A DNA stretch of 64,000 nucleotides, from NCBI GenBank assembly GCA_016779385.1, contig JADHNT010000001.1, positions 602 to 64,601 on the forward strand, in the 5' to 3' direction. This document shows positions 17,327 through 26,016 of this stretch, piece after piece. This stretch comes from Pseudomonadales bacterium. Lineage in GTDB: Bacteria; Pseudomonadota; Gammaproteobacteria; Pseudomonadales; Azotimanducaceae. The notes under the pieces are model-generated. The model made no database searches, was not told the origin of the DNA, and worked only from the letters and a program-made list of their open reading frames with translations. Within the stretch, counting starts at the first letter, position 1; every line of letters begins with the position of its first letter. The position numbers and the translations under genes were made by a program.

Positions 17327-18706
17327 ATGCTTGAAAACCGCTACGAGCCGCCCCGTACCCCGCCCCTGAGCCCCCTGGGCGGGCTCCTTCGCACGCTCTG
17401 GCGCGGCGACGGCGACCTCCTGAGCCTGATGCCGGCCAAAGCCTACCGCGTGCCTATCGGGCCCCTGGGCTACTCCCGGCGCTCGATTCTGATCCTGAAC
17501 GATCCTGCCCTTTTTCGCTCCGTGCTCACCGATCCCCTGGACGTCTACCCGAAAAACGACCTCATGACCGGTGCCCTGGAGCCCCTGGTAGGGGACTCGC
17601 TCTTTGTCTCCTCCGGCCCCCTCTGGCGCCGGCAGCGCGCCATGATCGACCCGGCCTTCTCCCAGCTGCGGGTCACCCAGGCCTTCGGGGGCATGCAGGC
17701 GGCGGTGGCCGCTTACGTGGAAAAGCTCGCGCACCAGGCCGAGACGGGGACCCCCTTTTCCCTCGATTTCGCCATGAGCGAGCTCACCGCCGACGTCATC
17801 TGCCGCACGATCTTTTCCACCTCCCTGGCCTCCGAAACGGCGCAGAAGGTGTTTTCCGCCTTCGCAATTTTTGAGCGCTCGGCGGCTCATATCGAGCTTC
17901 CCCGGCTGATCTTCTCCAAGGCCTTTAGCGCCATCCCCCAGCACGATGCGGTACTTAAGGCCTGCGAAGAGATTCGGGAAGCGCTGGGAAACCTAGTAGA
18001 TGCGCGCCTCGCGCTCCCGGAAGCTCAGTGGCCCGACGACATCGCCGGCGCAGTCATGCGCGGCGAGGACCCGGACAGCGGCGCGCGCTTTACGCGAAAG
18101 GAACTGATCGATCAGCTCGGGGTGTTTTTCCTCGCCGGACACGAGACCACGGCTAGCGCGCTCATCTGGGTGTTTTTCATTTTGAGCCAGCGTCCCGAAT
18201 TCCTGCGGCTCCTGCGGGAAGAGGTGACGCGCACCTACGGCGCCGGTCCCGTCACCTTCCATAAGCTTCGCAGCCTGAGCTACACCCGCGCCGTCTTTCG
18301 CGAGGCCATGCGCCTCTATCCCCCGATCACCTTCATTCCCCGGGTGGCCACGGAACCCACGCGCCTTGGCGGCTATCGGATCAAGCGCGGAGCCATGCTC
18401 ATGATCTCCCCTTGGGTGATTCACCGACACGAGGCGCACTGGCCAAAGCCTCACGTCTTCGAGCCTCAGCGCTTTACCGGCGACGGCGAGAAAAGCCACC
18501 GCCCGGGCACCTACCTGCCCTTTGGCCTCGGCCCGCGGGTGTGCGTGGGGGCGGACTTCGCCACCATCGAGGCAAGCCTCATCATGGCGGAGCTATTGCG
18601 CAGCTTTGACTTCGAAATGCTGGAGCCGGAGACGGTCCGTCCGATGGCGCGCCTGACCACCCGCCCCCGGGAAGAGATCCGGGCGCGGGTGCATCGACGA
18701 CGCTAG
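17327..18706 (+). CDS. Cytochrome P450
   Basis: I-helix FFLAGHETTASAL, ExxR motif (EAMR) and heme-thiolate loop FGLGPRVCVGADFA; 459 aa. Confidence 0.9.
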   Translation: MLENRYEPPRTPPLSPLGGLLRTLWRGDGDLLSLMPAKAYRVPIGPLGYSRRSILILNDPALFRSVLTDPLDVYPKNDLMTGALEPLVGDSLFVSSGPLWRRQRAMIDPAFSQLRVTQAFGGMQAAVAAYVEKLAHQAETGTPFSLDFAMSELTADVICRTIFSTSLASETAQKVFSAFAIFERSAAHIELPRLIFSKAFSAIPQHDAVLKACEEIREALGNLVDARLALPEAQWPDDIAGAVMRGEDPDSGARFTRKELIDQLGVFFLAGHETTASALIWVFFILSQRPEFLRLLREEVTRTYGAGPVTFHKLRSLSYTRAVFREAMRLYPPITFIPRVATEPTRLGGYRIKRGAMLMISPWVIHRHEAHWPKPHVFEPQRFTGDGEKSHRPGTYLPFGLGPRVCVGADFATIEASLIMAELLRSFDFEMLEPETVRPMARLTTRPREEIRARVHRRR

Positions 18707-18715
18707 GAAAGGAGC

Positions 18716-19504
18716 CTATTCGGCGACGCGGCGCCCAGCGAGGGGGCCCCCGCCATCGCAGTAGATCCGCTCCCCCGTGAGGTAGCTGTTGTCAGGAGAG
18801 ACGAGGAAGCGAACCACGTTCGCCACGTCCTCGGGCTGGCATACGCGGCCAAAGGGCATGGAGGAATCGAGAGTGCGCACGTCCTGCACCCCCTGGGTCG
18901 CGGCCACGAGGCGCCGCCCCATGTCCGTATCCACCAGTCCCGGGGCCACCACATTGACCCGGATACCGTGGGCCCGCTCTTCCTTCGCGAGGGTCATAGC
19001 CAGGGCCTCCAGGGCGGCCTTCGCCATGTTGTAGGGCGCGCCGTTGGCCCCCAGACCCCGGGTGGCCACGGAAGAAATCATGATGATGTCCCCCCGCGCC
19101 TGGCTGCGCATGGCCGGCACGACGCGCTTCGAAAGCGCGTGAGCCGCAAAGGCGTGGGTTCCCATCACTCGGGCCAGTTCCTCCGCCGTGGTATCGGCGA
19201 CGGCGAGGCCCCGGCTGGCGATGCCGGCGTTGTTGACCAGGATGGACACGGGGCCAAGCTCCGCCTCCACCTGGCTCACCATGGCGTCGCAGGCGTCCGG
19301 CTCAGCGACGGAACCGGCCACGGCCATGGCCCGCACGCCCGTGGCCCGAAGCGCATCGAGGGCCTCCTCAGCGGAGGCCTCGTCGCGCCGATAGTTGATG
19401 GCCACATCGGCCCCGGCTTCCGCGAGGGCCAGGGCAATGGAGCGCCCCACGCCCCGGCTGCCGCCGGTGACCAGGGCCACACGCCCCCCTAAGCTTTTCG
19501 CCAT
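18716..19504 (-). CDS. SDR family oxidoreductase (FabG-like)
   Basis: TGGSRGVGRSIA cofactor motif, NNAG, and catalytic YNMAKAAL (YxxxK). Confidence 0.8.
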   Translation of the reverse strand: MAKSLGGRVALVTGGSRGVGRSIALALAEAGADVAINYRRDEASAEEALDALRATGVRAMAVAGSVAEPDACDAMVSQVEAELGPVSILVNNAGIASRGLAVADTTAEELARVMGTHAFAAHALSKRVVPAMRSQARGDIIMISSVATRGLGANGAPYNMAKAALEALAMTLAKEERAHGIRVNVVAPGLVDTDMGRRLVAATQGVQDVRTLDSSMPFGRVCQPEDVANVVRFLVSPDNSYLTGERIYCDGGGPLAGRRVAE

Positions 19505-19506
19505 GC

Positions 19507-20298
19507 CTATTGCCCCGTAAACGAGGCGTCGCGCTTGCTCAGGAAGGCCGAGACCCCCTCCTTGAAGTCGTGGCTGCGCCCCGCCTCGTTCTGAAGCTGG
19601 GCTTCCAGATCCAGCTGCGCATCATAACTATTCACGGCGCTCTGCCAGTAGGCCTTGCGGATCAGGGCCAGGGACCGGGGGCCCTTCGCCAGCCGCTCGG
19701 CAATCTTCATGGCCTCGGGCAGCAGGGCCTCATCGTCAAACACCCGATTGATCAGCCCCCACTCAAGGGCCTGCTCCGCCGGGAGGCGATCGGCCATGAG
19801 GGACAGTTCCTTAGCCCGGGCCCAGCCTACGAGGCGAGGCAGGAGATAGGTGGCCCCGCCATCAGGAATGAGGCCAATACGCGCAAAGGCCTGAAGGAAG
19901 AAGGCGCTTCGGCCTGCGCAGATCATGTCCCCCATGAGGGCAAAGCTCATGCCCACCCCTGCCGCTGCACCATTCACGGCGGTGACGATGGGCAGTTCAA
20001 GATCCCGCATGCCAAGCAGCAGCGGATGGTAGCCGGTGCGAAGCCCATCTCCCGCGCCCTGCTTTTCCCGCTGGGCGTTGCGCTCTTCGTCGGCCAAGTT
20101 GGCCCCAGCGCAAAAGCCCCGGCCTTCCCCGGTGATCAGCAGGCACCGCACTTCCGGGCCCCGATCGCGCACTTCCCGTACAGCCTCTTGTAGTTCGGTC
20201 AGCATGCGGGCACCCACGGCATTCATCACTTCTGGATGATTGAACTTCAGCACCGCGATGTTGCCTTCGTAATCCAGCTTAATGCGTTCGTAGCTCAC
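19507..20298 (-). CDS. Enoyl-CoA hydratase/isomerase family protein
   Basis: Crotonase fold with LLITGEGRGFCAGANL and AVNGAAAGVGMSFALMGD; 263 aa. Confidence 0.8.
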   Translation of the reverse strand: MSYERIKLDYEGNIAVLKFNHPEVMNAVGARMLTELQEAVREVRDRGPEVRCLLITGEGRGFCAGANLADEERNAQREKQGAGDGLRTGYHPLLLGMRDLELPIVTAVNGAAAGVGMSFALMGDMICAGRSAFFLQAFARIGLIPDGGATYLLPRLVGWARAKELSLMADRLPAEQALEWGLINRVFDDEALLPEAMKIAERLAKGPRSLALIRKAYWQSAVNSYDAQLDLEAQLQNEAGRSHDFKEGVSAFLSKRDASFTGQ

Positions 20299-20330
20299 AC
20301 TGCTCTCCTTTCGCCGAGCGCCCGCGGCGC

Positions 20331-21611
20331 TTAGCCCGCTTTGTTGGGATTGATGAAGCCGAAGAGCACTCCGGCGACCTTCCGAATTTGAATTTCCTCC
20401 GAGCCTTCCGTGATCCGGTAGCGACGGTGATGGCGGTAGATATGCTCAAAGGGCTTGTGCCGGCTATAGCCGATCCCACCGTGCACCTGCATAGCCCGGT
20501 CCGCGGCATCGCACACCAGCCGGTTGGCCCGGTAGTTACACATGGACACCTTATCCGACAGGTAGATGGCCACTTCCTTCTTCGACATTTGATCCATCTG
20601 CCAGGCGGTCTTGTAGACCAAGTTCCGGATCATTTCGCATTCCGTATGCAGCTCCACGAGGGGGAACTGGATCGCCTGGTTAGAAGCGAGGGGCTTGCCG
20701 AAGGGCGCGCGCTCCTGGGCGTACTTCACGGACTCGTTGATGCAAAACTGGGCCGCGCCGACGCCCGAAGCGGCCTGACGAATACGGTTTTCATGCACGA
20801 AGTGCTGCGCCACGGAGAGGCCGCTGCCAGGCTCTCCGAAGATCGCCGTTTCCGGCACCCACACGTTCGTGAAGGACACCCGGGGGTGATCCGTGGGCAT
20901 GTTAAAGGTCCAGAGGTACTCCTCAATCTTCACGCCGGGGTCGTCCGTGGGGACGATGAAGCAGGTGATGCCCCGAGCGTCGCCGTCCTTGCCCCCGGTG
21001 CGGGCGAAGACCATGTCGTGGGTCGCCACATGCATGCCCGTGTTCCACATTTTCTCGCCGTTGATGAGGTAGCCGGGCACCCCATCGCGCGGTTCTGGCA
21101 CGGCGTGCGTGTCCATCCAGGTCGCGTCGGAGCCATGCCGCGGCTCCGTCAGGCCGAAGGCCACGCGGCGCTTTCCGGTGATGGAGTTCTCAATGAATTC
21201 GGCTTTCTGCGCTTCCGTTCCGAAGTCCCGCATCATCAGTACGAAGGGATTGTTGGCCACGATGGACGCTTCATTCTGAAGGTCGTTGTGAAGCCCTAGG
21301 CCCTTCGCGGCGAGGTGTTCGCGAATTACGGCCATGCCGAAGTTGGTGCCGTCCTGACCGCCGAACTCCCTAGGCAGGGCATAGCGATAATGGCCGGCCG
21401 CATCGGCGCGGCGGCGCATCTCCCCAAGAAGCTGTTCCCACTCGTGTCGGGGCAGGCCGCCGTTTTCAAAATCGGTCCGGGCCCATTCGCGCCGGTGATC
21501 AAAGAAGCGCTCGTTGTCGTCCTGCGCCTGCAGCGGCTTAATTTCCGCCTCGATGAACTCATCGAGGGTTTTCAAATAGGCCTTAAGGTCTGCTGGAATT
21601 TCGAAATCCAT
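20331..21611 (-). CDS. Acyl-CoA dehydrogenase
   Basis: ORF 21650 trimmed to ATG 21611 (GGGGGAG SD 8 nt upstream). Contains FGLTEPRHGSD, an ACAD middle domain, and C-terminal ITEGSEEIQIRKV carrying the MCAD-position Glu. Confidence 0.85.
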   Translation of the reverse strand: MDFEIPADLKAYLKTLDEFIEAEIKPLQAQDDNERFFDHRREWARTDFENGGLPRHEWEQLLGEMRRRADAAGHYRYALPREFGGQDGTNFGMAVIREHLAAKGLGLHNDLQNEASIVANNPFVLMMRDFGTEAQKAEFIENSITGKRRVAFGLTEPRHGSDATWMDTHAVPEPRDGVPGYLINGEKMWNTGMHVATHDMVFARTGGKDGDARGITCFIVPTDDPGVKIEEYLWTFNMPTDHPRVSFTNVWVPETAIFGEPGSGLSVAQHFVHENRIRQAASGVGAAQFCINESVKYAQERAPFGKPLASNQAIQFPLVELHTECEMIRNLVYKTAWQMDQMSKKEVAIYLSDKVSMCNYRANRLVCDAADRAMQVHGGIGYSRHKPFEHIYRHHRRYRITEGSEEIQIRKVAGVLFGFINPNKAG

Positions 21612-21688
21612 GCTGCGCACTCCCCCTGTTGATTCACTGCCTTGGACCATACCTCAGGGCCCGCGGACGGCTCAATAATGCAATGTGA

Positions 21689-23770
21689 TTAGGGCGCCTC
21701 GAGCGCCTCTAGCAGGGCCTCCGCCGCCTGCCGCGCGGCACTGCTCAGCAGCAGACGCTGAGCGTCTTCCAGTGCCTGTAGCCGAGCATGATGGCCCGCG
21801 AGGGCATCGATAAGAGCCCGCTCAAGACCGTCGTAGAGCAGCCCGAGGAGCACGAAGGCATAGCGATGCTTGTAGTTTTCCCGGGCGTTTAAGAGCCCAT
21901 GGCGCCGCGCTTCCTGTCCATCGGCCAAAGCAGCCTTCAGGGTGAGACGCCAAAGGGCCCGCTGCCGTTCTTCGGGTCTTAGGGGCTCGCGCCGAAGGCG
22001 ATGCCAGAGGCCCCGGCCCTGGTCGGCGGCCATGATCGTAAAGCGCCGGGCGCGACTCAAGGTGAGGGGCTCAAGCACCGCCGGGGCAGGGGTTAGGGCC
22101 CGGGCTTCCCCAAGCCGCTCCCGAAGCGCAGCGGCATCGAAAAGCTGCTCGAGCGCGGCGCGCAGGGCCCGGGGCAACAGCGATTGAAGCTCCTGCCCAA
22201 GGGCCGCGGTGGCCGCCGCGAGCGCCTCCCCAAGGTCGTACCGAAGCCGCCCCAGTTCCTGCTCCCGTACAGTCGCGCGCTCCTGAAGCCAATCTTGGTT
22301 GAAGCGCTCGAGGGCATGGTCGATGAGCGCCGCCCCCAGCTCCGCTTCCGCCAGCGCTTCGGGCATGGGGCGCTCCGCCAGATAGCGCTCAAGTCCCCCG
22401 CGCAGGAAGGCGTCGAGCTCCCGAGCCATGGGTCCCTGGGCGGAGAAGGTTTCTTCTATGCGCTGGGCGAGGGTCGCTCGAAGCTCGCGTCGAGCGCCAT
22501 CGAGGGCGCGCTTCAGCCCCCGGCGCTGCTGCTCGGCCCCGAGCCGTTCGGCGGAAAGCCCCAGCACTACCTCATCCCGAGCAAGGAGCGCCCGAAGGGC
22601 CGCGCGCTCAACCTCAAAGCTGCGCGCCGTAGCGGGGGGTTGGGTCGCCTCACAACGCTGGGCCAGGGTGGTCTGGAGCCGCCCAAGTCCCTCCCCCACC
22701 TGCTGAGCCACGGCCTCGGCGCCCCTGCGCGCCCAGTGCGCCTCCACAAGGGCCGCGGTCTCCGCGCCTTCCAGCCCCCGGAGCGCATCCACTGCAAAGA
22801 CGGGAATAGGCTGCCGCAGGCAGCTTTCCAGGTCCCCTTCTACCTGAGTGCAAAGCGTCCTGAAGGCACCGGCCTCCAGAGGTTCAAAGGCTTCCACGTT
22901 GAGTACCGCAATCAGCCGATCGGCCAGGCCCTGGGCCGCCAGCTGGCGAAGCAGTACCCGATCTCCTTCCCGAAGGCCGAGGCGGCTTTGCACGACGTAA
23001 AGCACCGTATCAGCCCGCTGGCCAATGGCCTGCACATCGGCGGCGTCTAGGGGGTTCAGGCTGTCGCTACCCTGGCAGTCGATCAGACTGAGGCTACGCG
23101 GGAGTCCCTCGGGAAAGGGCACGCGCAGGGACAGATGAGCGATGAGAGGCGCCAGAGATGCCTCATCGGTCCAGCTGAGAAACTCGGAGAATCCCGCCTC
23201 CTCGAAGGACAGGCGCGGCGCCGCCCCCGGGGCCGGGCGAAAGCCGCGGCGCTGCAGCGCCGAAAGGCCCGCGAGGGTGATACGCAGCCGGGTCAGCGCG
23301 TGGTTCAGAAGGCCGTAGGCACTACCGGCTTCCAGATTCACCAGGCGCCCATCAGCCTCGCTCTCCGCTTCAAAGGCCTCCCGAGCCGCTTCAAGGGTGG
23401 CGAGGGCGTCGGCCTCATAAAGGTTCTCCGGAACCTCCAGGGGGGCCCCGAGAATCCGAAAATCGAAAGCCAGACGCGCCTCCAGCACGGAGGACGGCCA
23501 CAGCTGCACCTCTGCGGCCAGGGCCTCGCCGTGGGTACTATGGATCTGATTGAAGGTTTTTACCCCGGCGCCCCGGGTCATGACCTCACGGCCCAGCAAC
23601 GCATTAATCAGGGTCGACTTTCCAGACTTGATCGTGCCCAGCACAAAGGTGCGGTGCACCGCTGCCTGCCCATCGGGCCTGCCCGCAGGGGCCAGCACTT
23701 CCCTATACTCCGGCCACTGCCCTAAAAAGTTCGCTAGAGCCTCAGCCCTGCGTGCTGCAGCCTGTTCCAT
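21689..23770 (-). CDS. Dynamin-like P-loop GTPase with long helical C-terminal region
   Basis: G1 motif GTIKSGKSTLINALLG, G3-like LIDCQG, and a degenerate G4 (VLNVE). About 450 aa of Ala/Leu/Arg/Glu-rich helical sequence follows. Confidence 0.6.
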   Translation of the reverse strand: MEQAAARRAEALANFLGQWPEYREVLAPAGRPDGQAAVHRTFVLGTIKSGKSTLINALLGREVMTRGAGVKTFNQIHSTHGEALAAEVQLWPSSVLEARLAFDFRILGAPLEVPENLYEADALATLEAAREAFEAESEADGRLVNLEAGSAYGLLNHALTRLRITLAGLSALQRRGFRPAPGAAPRLSFEEAGFSEFLSWTDEASLAPLIAHLSLRVPFPEGLPRSLSLIDCQGSDSLNPLDAADVQAIGQRADTVLYVVQSRLGLREGDRVLLRQLAAQGLADRLIAVLNVEAFEPLEAGAFRTLCTQVEGDLESCLRQPIPVFAVDALRGLEGAETAALVEAHWARRGAEAVAQQVGEGLGRLQTTLAQRCEATQPPATARSFEVERAALRALLARDEVVLGLSAERLGAEQQRRGLKRALDGARRELRATLAQRIEETFSAQGPMARELDAFLRGGLERYLAERPMPEALAEAELGAALIDHALERFNQDWLQERATVREQELGRLRYDLGEALAAATAALGQELQSLLPRALRAALEQLFDAAALRERLGEARALTPAPAVLEPLTLSRARRFTIMAADQGRGLWHRLRREPLRPEERQRALWRLTLKAALADGQEARRHGLLNARENYKHRYAFVLLGLLYDGLERALIDALAGHHARLQALEDAQRLLLSSAARQAAEALLEALEAP

Positions 23771-23843
23771 GGGCCCGCTATCCCGGCAAAAACCCTATGC
23801 TAGCGAACCCCTCCGGGGCACCGCGAGTCAAAAGGAGACGATC

Positions 23844-24689
23844 GTGCTGTTATGCCTCGAAGGGCCCGGAAGCGCCCTCCTCGCCCGATGCCTGTCCCTG
23901 GGAGACGGGAAGGCCCCCGCGGCTGATTACTGGCCCGCCCCCTGCCGGGGCCATCCCCTCCTCCCAGCACCGAACACGCCCTTTGCGGACCTCGGAAGCC
24001 TCCAGGCGGCCCTAATCCGACAATGGAGCAATGAAGCCCTGCGGGCCACGGCGGAGGACCGGACCCTGGTGGTCGCGGAGGGCCTCGGAGCCGTGGCAGC
24101 GCTGGCGCGTCGTCTGGAGCCGGCGGCGTCCCCGGCGCGACTCGGCGCGCTACTCCTAGCCCTGCTAGACGGGGCATCCGGCGAAGGGGCCGTGGATTTT
24201 CTCTGGTTAAGCGCTGGGCCCGGCAAAGGGGAGCCGGCGGTGAGCCACGCCTTTGCCGATGCGCAGCACCCCCGCCTTCTCCTCAACGCCGGCAAGTTAT
24301 CTCCCGCAGAGCTTTGGGAAGAGGCGCAAGCCCATTGCCGCCTAGGCCCCGCGGCCCTATCCCCAGCGCTCGGCTCGGCTCCGGCGCCGCTGGCGCCCAA
24401 GCACTTTGCCGGGGGCTATGCCCTGTCCCCGGAGGGGGCAGAAACAACCCTTCCCTACCCGCGCCACCGCTTAACGGGCCCGGCCCTCGCGAAGGACGGA
24501 GAACCCATGGTGCTTGGGCCTGAGGGCATTCTCTGGGGCCTCACCCGGCGCCTTTCCCTTCATCCCCTATCTCCCCAACCTGGCCTCGCCCAGGGTGCGG
24601 GGTATCTGCTGCAAGAGGATGGGCTGGCCTTCGGGGACCATCGAGCCGAGCTCCCAGCCTTCCTGGCAGAGGACAGCCCCGAAGCCTGA
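23844..24689 (+). CDS. Hypothetical protein (no recognisable motif)
   Basis: In-frame GTG 23844 is preceded by AAGGAG (23832-23837). The ORF-track start at 23550 would overlap the GTPase gene. GC3-rich codon usage; 281 aa. Confidence 0.45.
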   Translation: MLLCLEGPGSALLARCLSLGDGKAPAADYWPAPCRGHPLLPAPNTPFADLGSLQAALIRQWSNEALRATAEDRTLVVAEGLGAVAALARRLEPAASPARLGALLLALLDGASGEGAVDFLWLSAGPGKGEPAVSHAFADAQHPRLLLNAGKLSPAELWEEAQAHCRLGPAALSPALGSAPAPLAPKHFAGGYALSPEGAETTLPYPRHRLTGPALAKDGEPMVLGPEGILWGLTRRLSLHPLSPQPGLAQGAGYLLQEDGLAFGDHRAELPAFLAEDSPEA

Positions 24690-24703
24690 GGTCTAGCCCG
24701 ACC

Positions 24704-25459
24704 TCAGCTGAGACCTAACCAAATGAGGCGCACGCCGACGATCAGAAGCGAGGCGTAGATGAAGCGGAAAAACCAAGTTTCGTCGACCTGATGATGCAGC
24801 CAATGGCCGAGCCGGATACCGAGGGGCGCCAGGGGCGCGAGCACCAAGGAGGTGGTGAGGTTGGCGAAGTCGAATTGCCCAAGCAAAGCATAGGGCGGCA
24901 CCTTCACCCAGTTCACGATCATGAAAAAGAGCACCGCCGTGGCCTGAAAGGTCCCCTTATCCAGGCCCTGGCGAAGCAGGTACACGTTGATAGGCGGCCC
25001 CCCGGCGTGAACCCCAAAGCTCGTGAAACCGGCCATGGCGCCCCAAAAGGTCCCCGCCATAGGCCGGGGCGCACGCCTTGCCGGCGGTGGTTCGCGACGC
25101 AACAGACCTAAAAAATGATTAGCCACAAAGCCCACGGCAATGACGCCGATGAGCACCCGGATCGCATCCTCGGACAGATAGCGAAAGGTGAAGGTGCCCA
25201 GCACGATGCCTGCGACGGCGCCAGGCACGATCACCCGGAGATTGGCGAGGTCCCAGCGCCCCCACCACTGGCGAACGGCAAAGGCGTCCATGAGCATGAG
25301 GATCGGCAGCATGATCGCCGCCGCCTGAACGGGCCCGATGGCCAGGGCCATGAGGGGGACCCCGAGAATGCCAATGCCGCCCCCGAGGCCGCCCTTGGCT
25401 ATGCCCACGATAAGGAGCGCCGGGATGGCCAGCGCGTAGAAGAAGGGGTCGGTAATCAT
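24704..25459 (-). CDS. TauE/SafE (TSUP) family anion exporter membrane protein
   Basis: 251 aa polytopic protein with IAKGGLGGGIGILGVPLM and a repeated Gly-rich TM pattern typical of DUF81/TSUP. Confidence 0.7.
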   Translation of the reverse strand: MITDPFFYALAIPALLIVGIAKGGLGGGIGILGVPLMALAIGPVQAAAIMLPILMLMDAFAVRQWWGRWDLANLRVIVPGAVAGIVLGTFTFRYLSEDAIRVLIGVIAVGFVANHFLGLLRREPPPARRAPRPMAGTFWGAMAGFTSFGVHAGGPPINVYLLRQGLDKGTFQATAVLFFMIVNWVKVPPYALLGQFDFANLTTSLVLAPLAPLGIRLGHWLHHQVDETWFFRFIYASLLIVGVRLIWLGLS

Positions 25460-25560
25460 GGGCGCTCCAGTTTGAAGGGAACATCATACGCCCCCAAAGC
25501 GGCTCTCCACTCCGAAGCCGAAGCCTTGAGCCCAACCGGCGGGTGCGCTATAGCTAGGTC

Positions 25561-26016
25561 ATGGGGGGAACGACCGCACTGACCTATAGCCTTGCGACCC
25601 GCGTCGACCTATTGGCCATGGCGCGCTTGCTGACCCATTTCCTCGACGATCCCCTCCTAAGCCCCTGGACCCCGAGCAATTTGCAGCGGACCCTCTCCGA
25701 CCCAGAGCAGAACCTCTGCGTTGCCCGGGCTGGGCACACCCTCGTGGGGATCGCCGCCATGCGCTACGGGCAGCGGCATGCCGAGCTGAGGCTGCTTGCC
25801 GTTGCGCCCCTATGGCAGCGCCGTGGCTTGGGCCAGGGGCTTTTGGCCTGGCTAGAAGCCCCTGCGGAGCTCCTGGGCCTAGCCCACAGCACGGTCTCCT
25901 GCCCCCTAGAACGGAGTGGTTATTTTTCTCGCCGCGGCTTTCAACCACGCTTTCCCGAATCCGCGGGGCCAGACCCAATCCTTTTCCTTCGCCCCCTCAC
26001 CCGGAGGTCTTCATGA
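25561..26016 (+). CDS. GNAT family N-acetyltransferase
   Basis: Acetyl-CoA motif A, LAVAPLWQRRGLGQGLL; 151 aa. Confidence 0.7.
   Translation: MGGTTALTYSLATRVDLLAMARLLTHFLDDPLLSPWTPSNLQRTLSDPEQNLCVARAGHTLVGIAAMRYGQRHAELRLLAVAPLWQRRGLGQGLLAWLEAPAELLGLAHSTVSCPLERSGYFSRRGFQPRFPESAGPDPILFLRPLTRRSS

Noticed and set aside
23550-23843. Upstream 98 codons of ORF 23550..24689
   Set aside because: This part lies antisense inside the GTPase gene. An in-frame GTG at 23844 with an AAGGAG SD sits in the true intergenic gap, so only the downstream part is kept, and with modest confidence.
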